Shown here: positions 1 to 9,100 of the stretch, piece after piece
Layout: each line of letters opens with the position of its first letter
How positions within the stretch are numbered: the stretch's first letter is position 1
NCBI GenBank assembly: GCA_049314435.1
Contig: JBMOFD010000015.1
Location: forward strand, 1 to 29,269
Source of the DNA: Chlamydiia bacterium
Lineage (GTDB): Bacteria; Chlamydiota; Chlamydiia; Chlamydiales; JBMOFD01
Length of the DNA stretch: 29,269 nucleotides
Reading direction: 5' to 3'
Notes under the pieces: generated by a model
What the model saw: only the letters and a program-made list of their open reading frames with translations
The model's database searches: none
What the model was told of the DNA's origin: nothing
Translations under genes and position numbers: made by a program

Positions 1-54
1 GGCCCACTCGCGAGAGTGGGAATCTCATCGGCTTTAGCCGATCGAGAGAAGTCA

Positions 55-669
55 ATGAATCCAAGCACCTTGCCAGTTGCGACGAATCCGGTTCCTGGCG
101 CCACGGACGTGACCGTCGGCCAGCCAGGACAGACGCTGATCCTGGAAGGACATTTCGCATTGACCGGCGACTACACTTTGGGCGCCGACAACATCATCGT
201 CATAGGGAGCATCCAACCCCCCCACAACCTGACCATTGCAGAGGGATCAAAGGCCTATTTTGTGGGCACTAACACGCCCTACACTTGCGGAAGTGTATTA
301 TGTCTTGCCGAGCGCGCTCAGCTTGTTTTTTTGGGCGCCACCCTGCGGGCACAGGACGTCTATCAAGAGAAGTTCTCGGATTTGACCTTCACTAGTTTAG
401 AAGGCCAGGTCTGTCAGGCTCGCTTTCGCAATCTGTTGCAGGATGTCTTCACCATCAGCCAGTCGAGCGTTGATGGCCTCATGGGCTCTTCTCCAGATGT
501 CGATACACAGAGGGCCTGCGAGTGGATACATGCCTTTGGTAGTGCACATGACTGGTCCAACTGTGGTGCCATGCCCATGGCCAACCTAGTGGAAGAGCCC
601 GCAGAGCCTGTGCAAGCCACAGTAGCTCCATCCAACAACGCTCAGGCTCTAGAAAGCCAGGCGCCGTAG
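55..669 (+). CDS. hypothetical protein
   Basis: Long ORF (track start GTG at 16; ATG at 55 preferred). No family recognised. Its 3' end overlaps the convergent lpxK by 21 bp. Confidence 0.6.
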   Translation: MNPSTLPVATNPVPGATDVTVGQPGQTLILEGHFALTGDYTLGADNIIVIGSIQPPHNLTIAEGSKAYFVGTNTPYTCGSVLCLAERAQLVFLGATLRAQDVYQEKFSDLTFTSLEGQVCQARFRNLLQDVFTISQSSVDGLMGSSPDVDTQRACEWIHAFGSAHDWSNCGAMPMANLVEEPAEPVQATVAPSNNAQALESQAP

Positions 670-1665
670 CAGGTTCTGCTCCTCGCTGAGCGGGATGCTG
701 AGCGTCATCTCTAGCTGCCAGACAGGCAATGATAGCGCAGGCAAGCCCTTCACGGCATCTTTGGCTGTGCACACGATCGCTTGAGCTCCACGACGCTTCA
801 TAGCCGCAGCCCACTCTTGCAACAACTGAGGGCTGGGAGCCTGATGGTCTGGTGTCTCAAGGAGTTCAACCAGATCACAGCCTTCTTGCTCCAAGGCTTT
901 CCAAAAGCGATGAGGTCGTCCGACACCACAGAAGGCAGCTACCGGACCAGAGGGTGCAGCTACGCTGCCCTCTGGTCCCTGCCATTGGTAGGCAGGTTTT
1001 GCGGCAACGATGAACGGTCGTTTTGGTCCTCCAATGCGGTCCGCGAGGACTTGCACTGAGTCCCTATCCCCATCAATGAGCACCACAATATCCATGTCTT
1101 GAAGCATCTGGATGGGATGTCGAAGGCGGCCTGATGGGAATGGACGAAGGGGTTTGGCTAGGTCCTCCTGTACAAGAACCGCACATCGTCGATCGACATG
1201 CAGATGCTTCTGCTGGAAGGCATCGTCGAGCAGCAAAAGCTGCGCCCCTGCCTGTAAAGCCTCTTGAGCAGCTCGCCATCGATGAGCATCGACTTGGATA
1301 CGCACACCAGGAGCTAGCCTGGCTAACAGGGCTGCCTCATCTCCTAGCCGAGAGGCCGTTGCGTCCTGAAGGCTTCCGCTCCACCACGCTTGGGGACCTT
1401 GGCTTGCGCGTCGATACCCTCGCATGAGGACCGCACAGTTGTGCTGCGCCTGAAGACGCTGAGCCAACCAGATCGTGAAAGGCGTCTTGCCTGTCCCGCC
1501 CAAAAAAGGGCTGCCAACTCCGATCACCGGAATCCCCACAGTCTGAGGTTTGTGCATCGTCTGAAAAAGCCGATCGATTCCCTGCCATGCCGATCCAAGG
1601 GGCTGCAACCACGCTAGACGATCCTCATGAACAGCCCTCTGCCACCAAAGCTCTATTCGCTGCAT
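649..1665 (-). CDS. lpxK: tetraacyldisaccharide 4'-kinase
   Basis: VIGVGSPFLGGTGKTP Walker A, RGY, GDEA, LLDDAFQ, FPSGRLR, FCGVGRP, PDH and CTAKDAVK motifs typical of LpxK. Confidence 0.93.
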   Translation of the reverse strand: MQRIELWWQRAVHEDRLAWLQPLGSAWQGIDRLFQTMHKPQTVGIPVIGVGSPFLGGTGKTPFTIWLAQRLQAQHNCAVLMRGYRRASQGPQAWWSGSLQDATASRLGDEAALLARLAPGVRIQVDAHRWRAAQEALQAGAQLLLLDDAFQQKHLHVDRRCAVLVQEDLAKPLRPFPSGRLRHPIQMLQDMDIVVLIDGDRDSVQVLADRIGGPKRPFIVAAKPAYQWQGPEGSVAAPSGPVAAFCGVGRPHRFWKALEQEGCDLVELLETPDHQAPSPQLLQEWAAAMKRRGAQAIVCTAKDAVKGLPALSLPVWQLEMTLSIPLSEEQNLLRRLAF

Positions 1666-2378
1666 GGAAAGAGCTCCCCGTCCGATTGCAGGAGGTCACG
1701 AGCCGCTGGCGAGGCCCACTCCGGCACGTATCGAAAGCATAACTCCTCTGCCGAGACCGGATGGCGCAGCTGTAGAGAAACATGAGCCAATGCAATCCCA
1801 TCCTGAGGCTGGGGCGCCCCATACTTCAGATCGCCCTCCACTGGGCATTTTAGAGCAGCTAACTGAGCGCGGATCTGATGGTATCGACCAGTATGGAGCT
1901 CGATGAGGGCCTCACAACCAGCAAGTCGTCGATAGGTCAGACGAGCCTCTTGTCCCTCAGGGTGGCTAGGCCCCACAACACGCGCTCGTCCTTCCTCTTG
2001 AACCAAGTGGTGGATCAGAGTCTCCTCCTCCTTAGGGAGGGGCCGCACAGTGAGCACCAGGTACACCTTATGCCACTCTCCCTCTCGCTGAGCCGCGTGC
2101 AGTCGCGCAAGAGCCTTGCTGGTTCGGGCTAAGCAGAGAAGCCCTTCTACAGGCGCATCCAGACGGTGAGCCGCCTTCACAAAAGGTCGTTCAGAGATGC
2201 CACGACGACGCAGGTCTTCCACAGCCCACTGCTCAATGGAGGGTAATGTGGGATGGGCTTCTTCTTGAGACAGCCAACCGGGAGGCTTCCTCACCATGAG
2301 GAGCTGACGATCCTCCCACACCACATAGGGCTCGTTTCGATCGGTCTTGCGATCCCTACTTCCGATGATTCTTTGCAT
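1653..2378 (-). CDS. RluA-family pseudouridine synthase
   Basis: KPPG motif I, catalytic HRLD, TGRYHQIRAQLA and GDLKYG motifs. Confidence 0.93.
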   Translation of the reverse strand: MQRIIGSRDRKTDRNEPYVVWEDRQLLMVRKPPGWLSQEEAHPTLPSIEQWAVEDLRRRGISERPFVKAAHRLDAPVEGLLCLARTSKALARLHAAQREGEWHKVYLVLTVRPLPKEEETLIHHLVQEEGRARVVGPSHPEGQEARLTYRRLAGCEALIELHTGRYHQIRAQLAALKCPVEGDLKYGAPQPQDGIALAHVSLQLRHPVSAEELCFRYVPEWASPAARDLLQSDGELFPCSE

Positions 2379-3174
2379 GGGATCCCGCTCGCTGTCGCAT
2401 CACTTCATATAGCAGGACGGTGGCCGCCATCGCTACGTTCAGGCTGTCGGCTGACCCCAGCATGGGGATCTTCACGGGAAGATCGGCGGCCTCCATCCAG
2501 AAGGCGCTCAAGCCCAGCTGCTCTGTCCCAAAGGCGATCGCCACCGGTCCCGTCAAAGGAGCTTCCCAACAGACTTCAGTGGCATGCGGCGTTGCCGCAA
2601 CGATCCGGCAACCCTGAGCACGCAACCAGGTCATCGTCTCCTCACTAGAGCTCGTCACAGTAGGAACCGAGAAGAGAGTTCCCACACTCGCACGAACTAC
2701 GTTGGGGTTGTACAGATCGGTCTGCGGATCGCACACAATCAAGCCCGTTGCGCCTACCGCATCAGCACTGCGCAGGATCGTCCCTAAATTGCCCGGCTTC
2801 TCGATCCCTTCAGCGATCACCCAAAGTGGGTTGTCTACCACAGGAAGCTGCTCTAAAGAGATCCGTCGCTGAGGAGCCACGGCAAGCAAACCATCGGGCC
2901 GATCTCGATAGGACAGCTTATGGAAGACAGGTGCGGAGGTCTCCAGAAGAAGAGCTCCTTGAGCTTCAGCATCCCGCAGGAGCTTCTTCTCTGTGGAGCC
3001 AAGAAAGAGCGAGGGCGCAAAGAAGAGCTGTTCGATAGCCCATCCATTGTCCAGAGCACGACGGACTTCACGATACCCCTCAATGAGAAACTTCCCATCC
3101 CGGTCGCGATCTCGGCGATCTCTGAGATGGATAGCACCTTTCACACGTGGATTCTGTAGAGACTCAATCAACAT
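2356..3174 (-). CDS. TrmH/SpoU-family RNA 2'-O-methyltransferase
   Basis: SLQNPRVK, FLIEG, EKPGNLGTILRSA, FGTEQLGL and IPMLGSADSLNVA SPOUT motifs. Confidence 0.93.
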   Translation of the reverse strand: MLIESLQNPRVKGAIHLRDRRDRDRDGKFLIEGYREVRRALDNGWAIEQLFFAPSLFLGSTEKKLLRDAEAQGALLLETSAPVFHKLSYRDRPDGLLAVAPQRRISLEQLPVVDNPLWVIAEGIEKPGNLGTILRSADAVGATGLIVCDPQTDLYNPNVVRASVGTLFSVPTVTSSSEETMTWLRAQGCRIVAATPHATEVCWEAPLTGPVAIAFGTEQLGLSAFWMEAADLPVKIPMLGSADSLNVAMAATVLLYEVMRQRAGSHAKNHRK

Positions 3175-3649
3175 GCAGTAAGGCCTCCCAAAGCCATTTA
3201 AGGGCTAATTCGGAAAAGGCTGCTTGCCGTTCCATGCGTGTGCCTTGGAGCTTCGCCGTGAAGGTCTGCTCTCTTTTTGCCACACAAACGGCACACCAGA
3301 GCAGACCCACCTCACCGTCAGGCCCTGTAGGACCCGCATAGCCAGTCGTACTCAGAGCCACATCGGATGAGAAGATCTTCTGAGCACCTCGAGCCATGGC
3401 ACGCGCCACTCCCTCACTCACCGCACTCTGCTGGGCTAACAAGGAAGAGGGAACCTCTAGGAGACTCTCCTTGGAGCCATCCTGATAGGTGCACACCCCT
3501 CCTCGATACACCTTCGAGGCCCCGTCAATCGATGTGATGAAAGAGCTGATGCGACCGCCGGTGACCGACTCGGCCACCGCAAGAGTCTTTTGATGCTGCT
3601 CTAGCCAGTAGAGGATCTTACGCACTCGATCAAGCGGGTCAGGGGACAT
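3164..3649 (-). CDS. CinA C-terminal domain / NMN deamidase (PncC-like)
   Basis: LAVAESVTGG, GAS, AVSEGVARAMA and TTGYAGP motifs. Confidence 0.9.
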   Translation of the reverse strand: MSPDPLDRVRKILYWLEQHQKTLAVAESVTGGRISSFITSIDGASKVYRGGVCTYQDGSKESLLEVPSSLLAQQSAVSEGVARAMARGAQKIFSSDVALSTTGYAGPTGPDGEVGLLWCAVCVAKREQTFTAKLQGTRMERQAAFSELALKWLWEALLHVD

Positions 3650-3657
3650 CAGGCCTC

Positions 3658-4305
3658 TTATGGTTGAGCGGCTAGCTGCTGCACGAGATCTCGATAGACC
3701 GCCTCGACCGGCTGGCTCGCATCGACATGGGAGAGAAGACCCTGCTTAGCATAGTAGGCCAGAAGGGGTGCCGTATGCTCATGGAATGCTTTCAGTCTCG
3801 GCGCCACTGTCTCCGCCTTGTCATCGCTCCGCTGGATCAGTGTTGTCTGACAGCGATCGCACACACCCTCTTGTTTGGGAGGAGCAAATCGTATGTGATA
3901 GGCAGCGCCACAACCTGGGCAAGAGCGCCGACCCACGAGTCGCTCGAGCAACAGCTCGTCAGCCACATCCAGCGCGATCACACGGATGGAAACCCCTGGC
4001 GGTACGACTCGACTAAGAGCCTCCGCTTGAGCCAATGTTCTGGGGAATCCATCCAGCAGAGCTCCTCTTGCGACATCGGGGCGACTGAGTCGCTCCTGGA
4101 TCATCTTGATGACGATCACATCGGGCACTAACTGCCCCTGATCCATGAACTCCTTGGCTTGGCTACCCAGGGGTGTCTGCTCTCGCACTTGTTGGCGAAG
4201 GAGATCTCCCGTAGCGATCTGGGGGATGCAGCGCGCCTCTGCTAGGCGCAGAGCATGAGTTCCCTTCCCAGCACCTGGGGCCCCTAATAGGATGATCAAC
4301 TCCAT
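3658..4305 (-). CDS. adk: adenylate kinase
   Basis: GAPGAGKGT P-loop, TGDLLR, GQLVPD, LLDGFPRT, LID domain with CxxC...CxxC, and RSDD. Confidence 0.97.
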   Translation of the reverse strand: MELIILLGAPGAGKGTHALRLAEARCIPQIATGDLLRQQVREQTPLGSQAKEFMDQGQLVPDVIVIKMIQERLSRPDVARGALLDGFPRTLAQAEALSRVVPPGVSIRVIALDVADELLLERLVGRRSCPGCGAAYHIRFAPPKQEGVCDRCQTTLIQRSDDKAETVAPRLKAFHEHTAPLLAYYAKQGLLSHVDASQPVEAVYRDLVQQLAAQP

Positions 4306-4362
4306 CGAATCCTCGAAAATCTCTTGCCGTTCGCCGACTGGCTCAGGCTTAGCGATTCTATC

Positions 4363-4863
4363 TTAGCAGGATGCATCGCTGTCTCGCCAGGAGGCGAGCA
4401 AGAGAAGGCCGATTCCGAGGCAGATCGCCGAGTCGGCTACATTGAAACAGGGGAAGGACCAGTTGCCGAATCGCACCAAGATGAAGTCGAGCACGGCACC
4501 GTAACGGAACACATCCAAGATGTTCCCAGCGGCCCCGCCGATCACCAAACCGAGCGGTATGCGCCAAGAGGGGCGTACTCGGTTCATGCCAAGAAGAACG
4601 ATCAAGACGAGCAGAATCGCCGTGCGCAGGAAGAGCAGTAGCCTTGGCCAATCAGCCAAGAGACCCCAAGCCGTTCCTTGATTGGTGAGCAAATTCAGAC
4701 TGATCGTGAAATAGGGACTTGCATCCCAGATCGCCATGCCTCCGAAGGGGAACGGCACGCCGAAACGCAAGAAGGCAAGTGCGCTAAGCGCCCACTGCTT
4801 ACTTGCCCAATCCAGACCAAAAACGAGAAGAGCCCAAGCAATCCATCCGAATCTACGGAGCAT
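4363..4863 (-). CDS. lspA: lipoprotein signal peptidase II
   Basis: DWASK, NQGTAWG, GAAGNILD, GAVLDF and FNVADSAI motifs. Confidence 0.95.
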   Translation of the reverse strand: MLRRFGWIAWALLVFGLDWASKQWALSALAFLRFGVPFPFGGMAIWDASPYFTISLNLLTNQGTAWGLLADWPRLLLFLRTAILLVLIVLLGMNRVRPSWRIPLGLVIGGAAGNILDVFRYGAVLDFILVRFGNWSFPCFNVADSAICLGIGLLLLASWRDSDASC

Positions 4864-5224
4864 AGATCCCTTTTTCGATCTTCTCCTGAGCCTTTACGGT
4901 CATCGTGGCGTAGGGGATGGCTTCCAATCTGGCGATAGGAATCTCCTCTCCGGTGATGTCGCATACCCCATAGGTCTGCTCCCCGATCTTCTCGAGAGCT
5001 CGATCGATGTGCCGCAAAATGATGCATTCACGACCTGTCACTTCCAGAGAAATGGTGCGCTCAAAGTCATCCGTCCCTTCGTCAGCCATGTGCTGTGAGT
5101 ACCCTTTGGTCTCATCACTAGACAGAGCTTCGTGGGTCGTTTCCTGTACAGTCTTTGTGATCTGACGTCTCATCTCCAACAAGCGGCGATGAAACCTCTC
5201 AATATCACTCTTTGACAGCGCCAT
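4853..5224 (-). CDS. dksA: DksA/TraR-family transcription factor (chlamydial type, one Cys)
   Basis: HMADEGTD coiled-coil tip and RALEKI..TYGVCDITGEEIPIARLEAIPYA. GGAGGAGG SD upstream. Lies between nrdR and lspA as in Chlamydia. Confidence 0.92.
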   Translation of the reverse strand: MALSKSDIERFHRRLLEMRRQITKTVQETTHEALSSDETKGYSQHMADEGTDDFERTISLEVTGRECIILRHIDRALEKIGEQTYGVCDITGEEIPIARLEAIPYATMTVKAQEKIEKGIYAP

Positions 5225-5289
5225 GCCTCCTCCCTGGGGGTTCCCGGTGCTCGAATTGTTCCTGACCTTGATTCAGGCATCAAATTTCG

Positions 5290-5769
5290 TCAATGTAAGG
5301 CGATATGCTCATGAGGACCGTCCTTCGGTTGGACCGCCTCAATCGCCTCACGCACCTCGCCAATGTCCTGGAATCGACGATACACACAGGCAAAGCGAAT
5401 CCAAGCCACCGGATCTAAGCCCTGGAGATGCTCCATCACCAGGTCCCCCAACTCTTGGGTGGAGACCTCACGGATCTGACGCTCCATCAGCTGCTGGGTA
5501 ATCTGTGTCGCCAGAGCCTTGGCTCGATCGTGGCTAATACGCGTATGCCGACAAGCCGCGAGGATACCGTTCAAGAGCTTGTGATACTGAAAATCTTCGT
5601 ACGTCCCATCTCTTTTACGCACCTGAACAGAGAGGTCCATCGTTTCAAACGTCGTGAACCGACGCCCACACTGCAGACACTCACGGCGACGACGGATCGC
5701 ATTGCAGTCAGCCGCATTGCGCGAGTCGGTGACCTTAGATTCCGAAAAATGACAGAAGGGACAACGCAT
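5290..5769 (-). CDS. nrdR: transcriptional repressor NrdR
   Basis: MRCPFC...DSR...IRRRRECLQCGRRFTTFE zinc ribbon plus ATP-cone. Confidence 0.97.
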   Translation of the reverse strand: MRCPFCHFSESKVTDSRNAADCNAIRRRRECLQCGRRFTTFETMDLSVQVRKRDGTYEDFQYHKLLNGILAACRHTRISHDRAKALATQITQQLMERQIREVSTQELGDLVMEHLQGLDPVAWIRFACVYRRFQDIGEVREAIEAVQPKDGPHEHIALH

Positions 5770-5784
5770 CTTTTCTACCCACTT

Positions 5785-6057
5785 GGGAAGACATTAGATG
5801 CCAGCTTCGAATTGAGCAATCACAGGGTGTCGATGATCCCCGACATCCATGGTGGAGGTTGGCCGTTCTTTAGCAGGCCTCGTTCGTAAGGCCGGCCACG
5901 TCAGCGGGGCCGGAGTCCGGTAAGCTGCTGTGTCCGAGAGAATTGCTGGATCAACGCTGGCCGGAAATCCACCGCACTAACGAACTAGGCCCTTTAGCAA
6001 GGCTCCGCCCGAACAAATCGAACCCGTCCGGCACTGGCATCTTCGGCGGTCCCTTTT
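5785..6057. ncRNA. candidate ~270-nt structured RNA of unassigned family (6S-like sRNA or nrdR-operon leader)
   Basis: Nested complementary segments found by hand: 5796-5804/6034-6042, 5806-5814/6014-6022, 5851-5857/6003-6009, 5876-5887/5980-5991 and 5892-5901/5954-5964, with side hairpins at 5825-5848 and 5902-5930. G-U pairs favour the + strand. Confidence 0.55.
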
Positions 6058-6077
6058 CTAAAGGTCACTCACTGTTA

Positions 6078-6105
6078 AATATATTTGTTTCCACCCGGCG
6101 AGCAA
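6078..6105 (-). promoter_or_regulatory. putative sigma70/66 promoter facing nrdR (TTGCTC-16 nt-TATATT)
   Basis: Near-consensus hexamers in the AT-rich divergent region. It would imply a ~300-nt leader to nrdR. Confidence 0.3.
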
Positions 6106-6134
6106 TAAAGACATAGGGAAACTGTTAGACTGTT

Positions 6135-6140
6135 TATAAT
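6135..6140 (+). promoter_or_regulatory. perfect -10 box TATAAT upstream of the F-box gene
   Basis: TATAAT about 30 nt before ATG 6172 in an AT-rich tract. No clear -35. Confidence 0.35.
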
Positions 6141-6171
6141 AAACCAGCATAAATATTAATTTGGCATTTCT

Positions 6172-9100
6172 ATGATCAGCCGATCCAAAGAGGCTTCTTC
6201 AGAAGCCCTTTCCCAGCGTAGTGCAGCCCCATCATCGTCGTGCTCAGCGGCCCCTCGTGAAAGAATCTACTCACTAGCCGACCTGCCCGATGAAATCGTG
6301 ACGACGATCAAAATATTCTTGCCGCTGCGCGACATCCGCTCACTGGCTGGTGCAGATCGGCGGTTCCTTGCCTGCTGCATAGACGACAGATTCTGGATAA
6401 AGGCCCTCAACAATGAGGGCAAACAGAAGGCCGAGACTGTAGAGGAAGGGAAGGCCTATCCTCCTGGAGCATGGCAGATCTTTCTCCACCATCCAGAGTT
6501 ACGCGCTCTGCCATCCTGGATCGTTCCTCCGCCCGTCGTCGTTCCAGCAGAAGAGGTAGATGCCAACGATGCTCCTCTTGCAGAAGCCCAGTTGCCGACG
6601 GTGGTTCAACCTGGCGGACTTTCACCTTTGCGCACCGACAAACATCTCTACATCTTGGAGTGCGCGAAGACTCAGCGCGTGGTGGAAGCACACGTACTCA
6701 GTCGCCTAAACGAACTGCGTCAAGCAGCCGGTTTGACCCCATATCTAAGCGCGGCTCAACGCGCTATTCGGGCGATTCGGCTGGCCCAACCAGATTTCTC
6801 CCATCCTGCGCTTCAAACTCTCCTCGTTACACAGGCGATCGAGATACGCGACCTGTTGACCTGTGTTCCTCAAAAGGAGGACCTCCTGGCCCTCCAAATT
6901 CCCGTTGTGTGGAAGATTTTGGTGGATGGGCCGACAAAACAGACCAAGGACATGTCTCAGCTTGAAAGCCAAGCGGCAGGCATGGCCATCACGCATAAGA
7001 CTGCCGCTCTAGAGTGGGCACAAGGCCGAGCAGCGCCTGGTCTGCAACAGGATCCTGGCGCCTATGTGCTGGCGGCCCATGTCGCCTATGGCGTTCTATT
7101 GGATTGGCTCACAAAGGCCTTGCAGATCGATCTGGCACCGATACCTTTCAATGAGCTCCCCACCGCTCAAACTGGATTTGCTGCACGAACCCGCCTGCTC
7201 TTTTCCCATCGAGTGCTCGCCCTACTGCGACTACCCGTCTTTTGGCAACTTCTGGAGGACCCTGAAGCCTTCGTCATGGAACGATATGAGGGAGAGGCAG
7301 GCCCTCCTGGATGGAAGGACGCACTTCCTAGTCGCACCCAAGCCCTGGACGCACTCCTGTCGGCATCCATCCACGTAGAGGATGGACAAGGCACATACCT
7401 CAATAAGATCAGTGTCCTAGGTTCACTTGTAAGAGATGGATCACTGATACCTAAGCTGAGGCGACGATATGAACATCTCGAGGATCGTACTCAGACCTAT
7501 TATGCTTGGGAACAGGCGGGTCTCCCAATACCCCAATGGGAGATCGTGCTCACCACACGCGATGCCGGCCAAGGCCCAGTACCGCATGTGCCTCCACACC
7601 CCACCCGAGGGGTAGGACGGCCAGACACCTACCTGGAGAATACAACGGCTTATGCTGCCTATCGAAATGGCGATCTCAGCCTCTCTCAGCTCACAGCACT
7701 GGACTACGATCATCTAAAACTGATCGCTTCGCCATGTGGGCGAGCATGGGTGAACTGTGGTGTACCGATCAACTGGATAGAACTGTCGTCGCAGTTCAGA
7801 GGGCGAACCACACAGCAGAATGTAGGCAGCAGCACGGAGCCGAGCGGCCACGATTCGCTAGAACAGATGAATCGAACCATCGAAGTCTTTCAACACAGGA
7901 AATTGGCCGCCTTGGTTGAGGCAAAAAACCTGCACCCCAGCCAGCTCCTACGACTCTGTCAACCCATGCATCGGGAGGGCTGGCCTATCGCCTATCTCGA
8001 GGCGCTCTGTGACATCGTCACCCCAGAACTAGCCGACACCGTGATCGATTCATGGCCACCCTATCTCGATCGGACAGTTCTTGGATCAAAGGAGCTCGCC
8101 CAACTCTACTCCAAGAACTTGATCTCCTTAGAGCAGTGGGTCACTTTGGCCAGGGGAAAATCTCAGCCGGCCATTCAGTACTTCCTGAAACCTAGTGTGC
8201 AGCATGCCCTGGAGAATGGTTCTATACAGGCCGAGGACGTGTTTGAATGGCCTATAGAGCTCGATTTCGGGGTGCTAGACGATTGGACAAATGATGAACT
8301 GCTGAAAGATTGGAAGTTAACCCCTAGCCAGATCCTGGAGCTCGCGTCTCTGAACAGGGATGACACCAAGCAGCATCTCGTTTCTCTCTGCGTCAAACGA
8401 GCACTTCATGACCTCGGTCTTGCCGAATGGTCCAGGTTCGATCAAACAGGCCAGCCTCTTTGGCTAGGCCAACATAAAAGCCCTATTCTCATTGCCCTGA
8501 ACTCCATCGTCATGCGCCGTCTCATGGACTGGGGCATGCTTCCCATCGATGAGGTCTACAAGCTGGGAAGGCAACCAGGTCGGTGCACCTTCCAGCTGTT
8601 AGCATGCCCACTTGTGCTGGCTGCCATCGATCACGCGCTAGGCGTGGCCAAAGGCTCTGACTGGGTGGTGACTCCCTCCGCGCCACAGATAGATGCCATT
8701 CGCCAGATTGTGACCTCTGTGTTGGCATGGAACCCTGACGAGGGCACGCTCCCTCCGGCTGAGGTCACCGACGATGAGACTATGGCTACTCTCGTAAGAG
8801 AGGGCTTGTTGCCCTTTGGAAGCACTCCGCACTTGTCTAGGGACAATGCGGCAAAACTAAAAATGCCTCTCGCCGGCTTTGCCATGCGTACGTTGGGACT
8901 AACCTGGGATGCTACTTTGGATCAGTTGCGACATGCCGGCACATACCTCTGCGACCGCTCCGGGTTTGAAGCCCCCTTACAAGCAGGGCTCTGCACCCTA
9001 AGAGAGGTCGGTACATCGGGGCCTAACCTAGCCAACTTGGCGGGTCTATTCCCTAGGTGGGCAAACACCTGGCAGGGCCTTAAAGCACAGGGGGTTACAT

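Noticed and set aside
5428..5889. 153-aa plus-strand ORF
   Set aside because: Mostly the antisense shadow of nrdR, with no recognisable motif.
5785..6057. Assignment of the structured region to SRP RNA, tmRNA, RNase P, or FMN/TPP/cobalamin riboswitches
   Set aside because: No SRP CAGG...GNRA...AGCAG helix 8 and no RNase P GAGGAAAGTCC. A minus-strand CTCCACCA at 5850-5857 lacks a preceding T-arm. Riboswitch motifs are absent or out of order.
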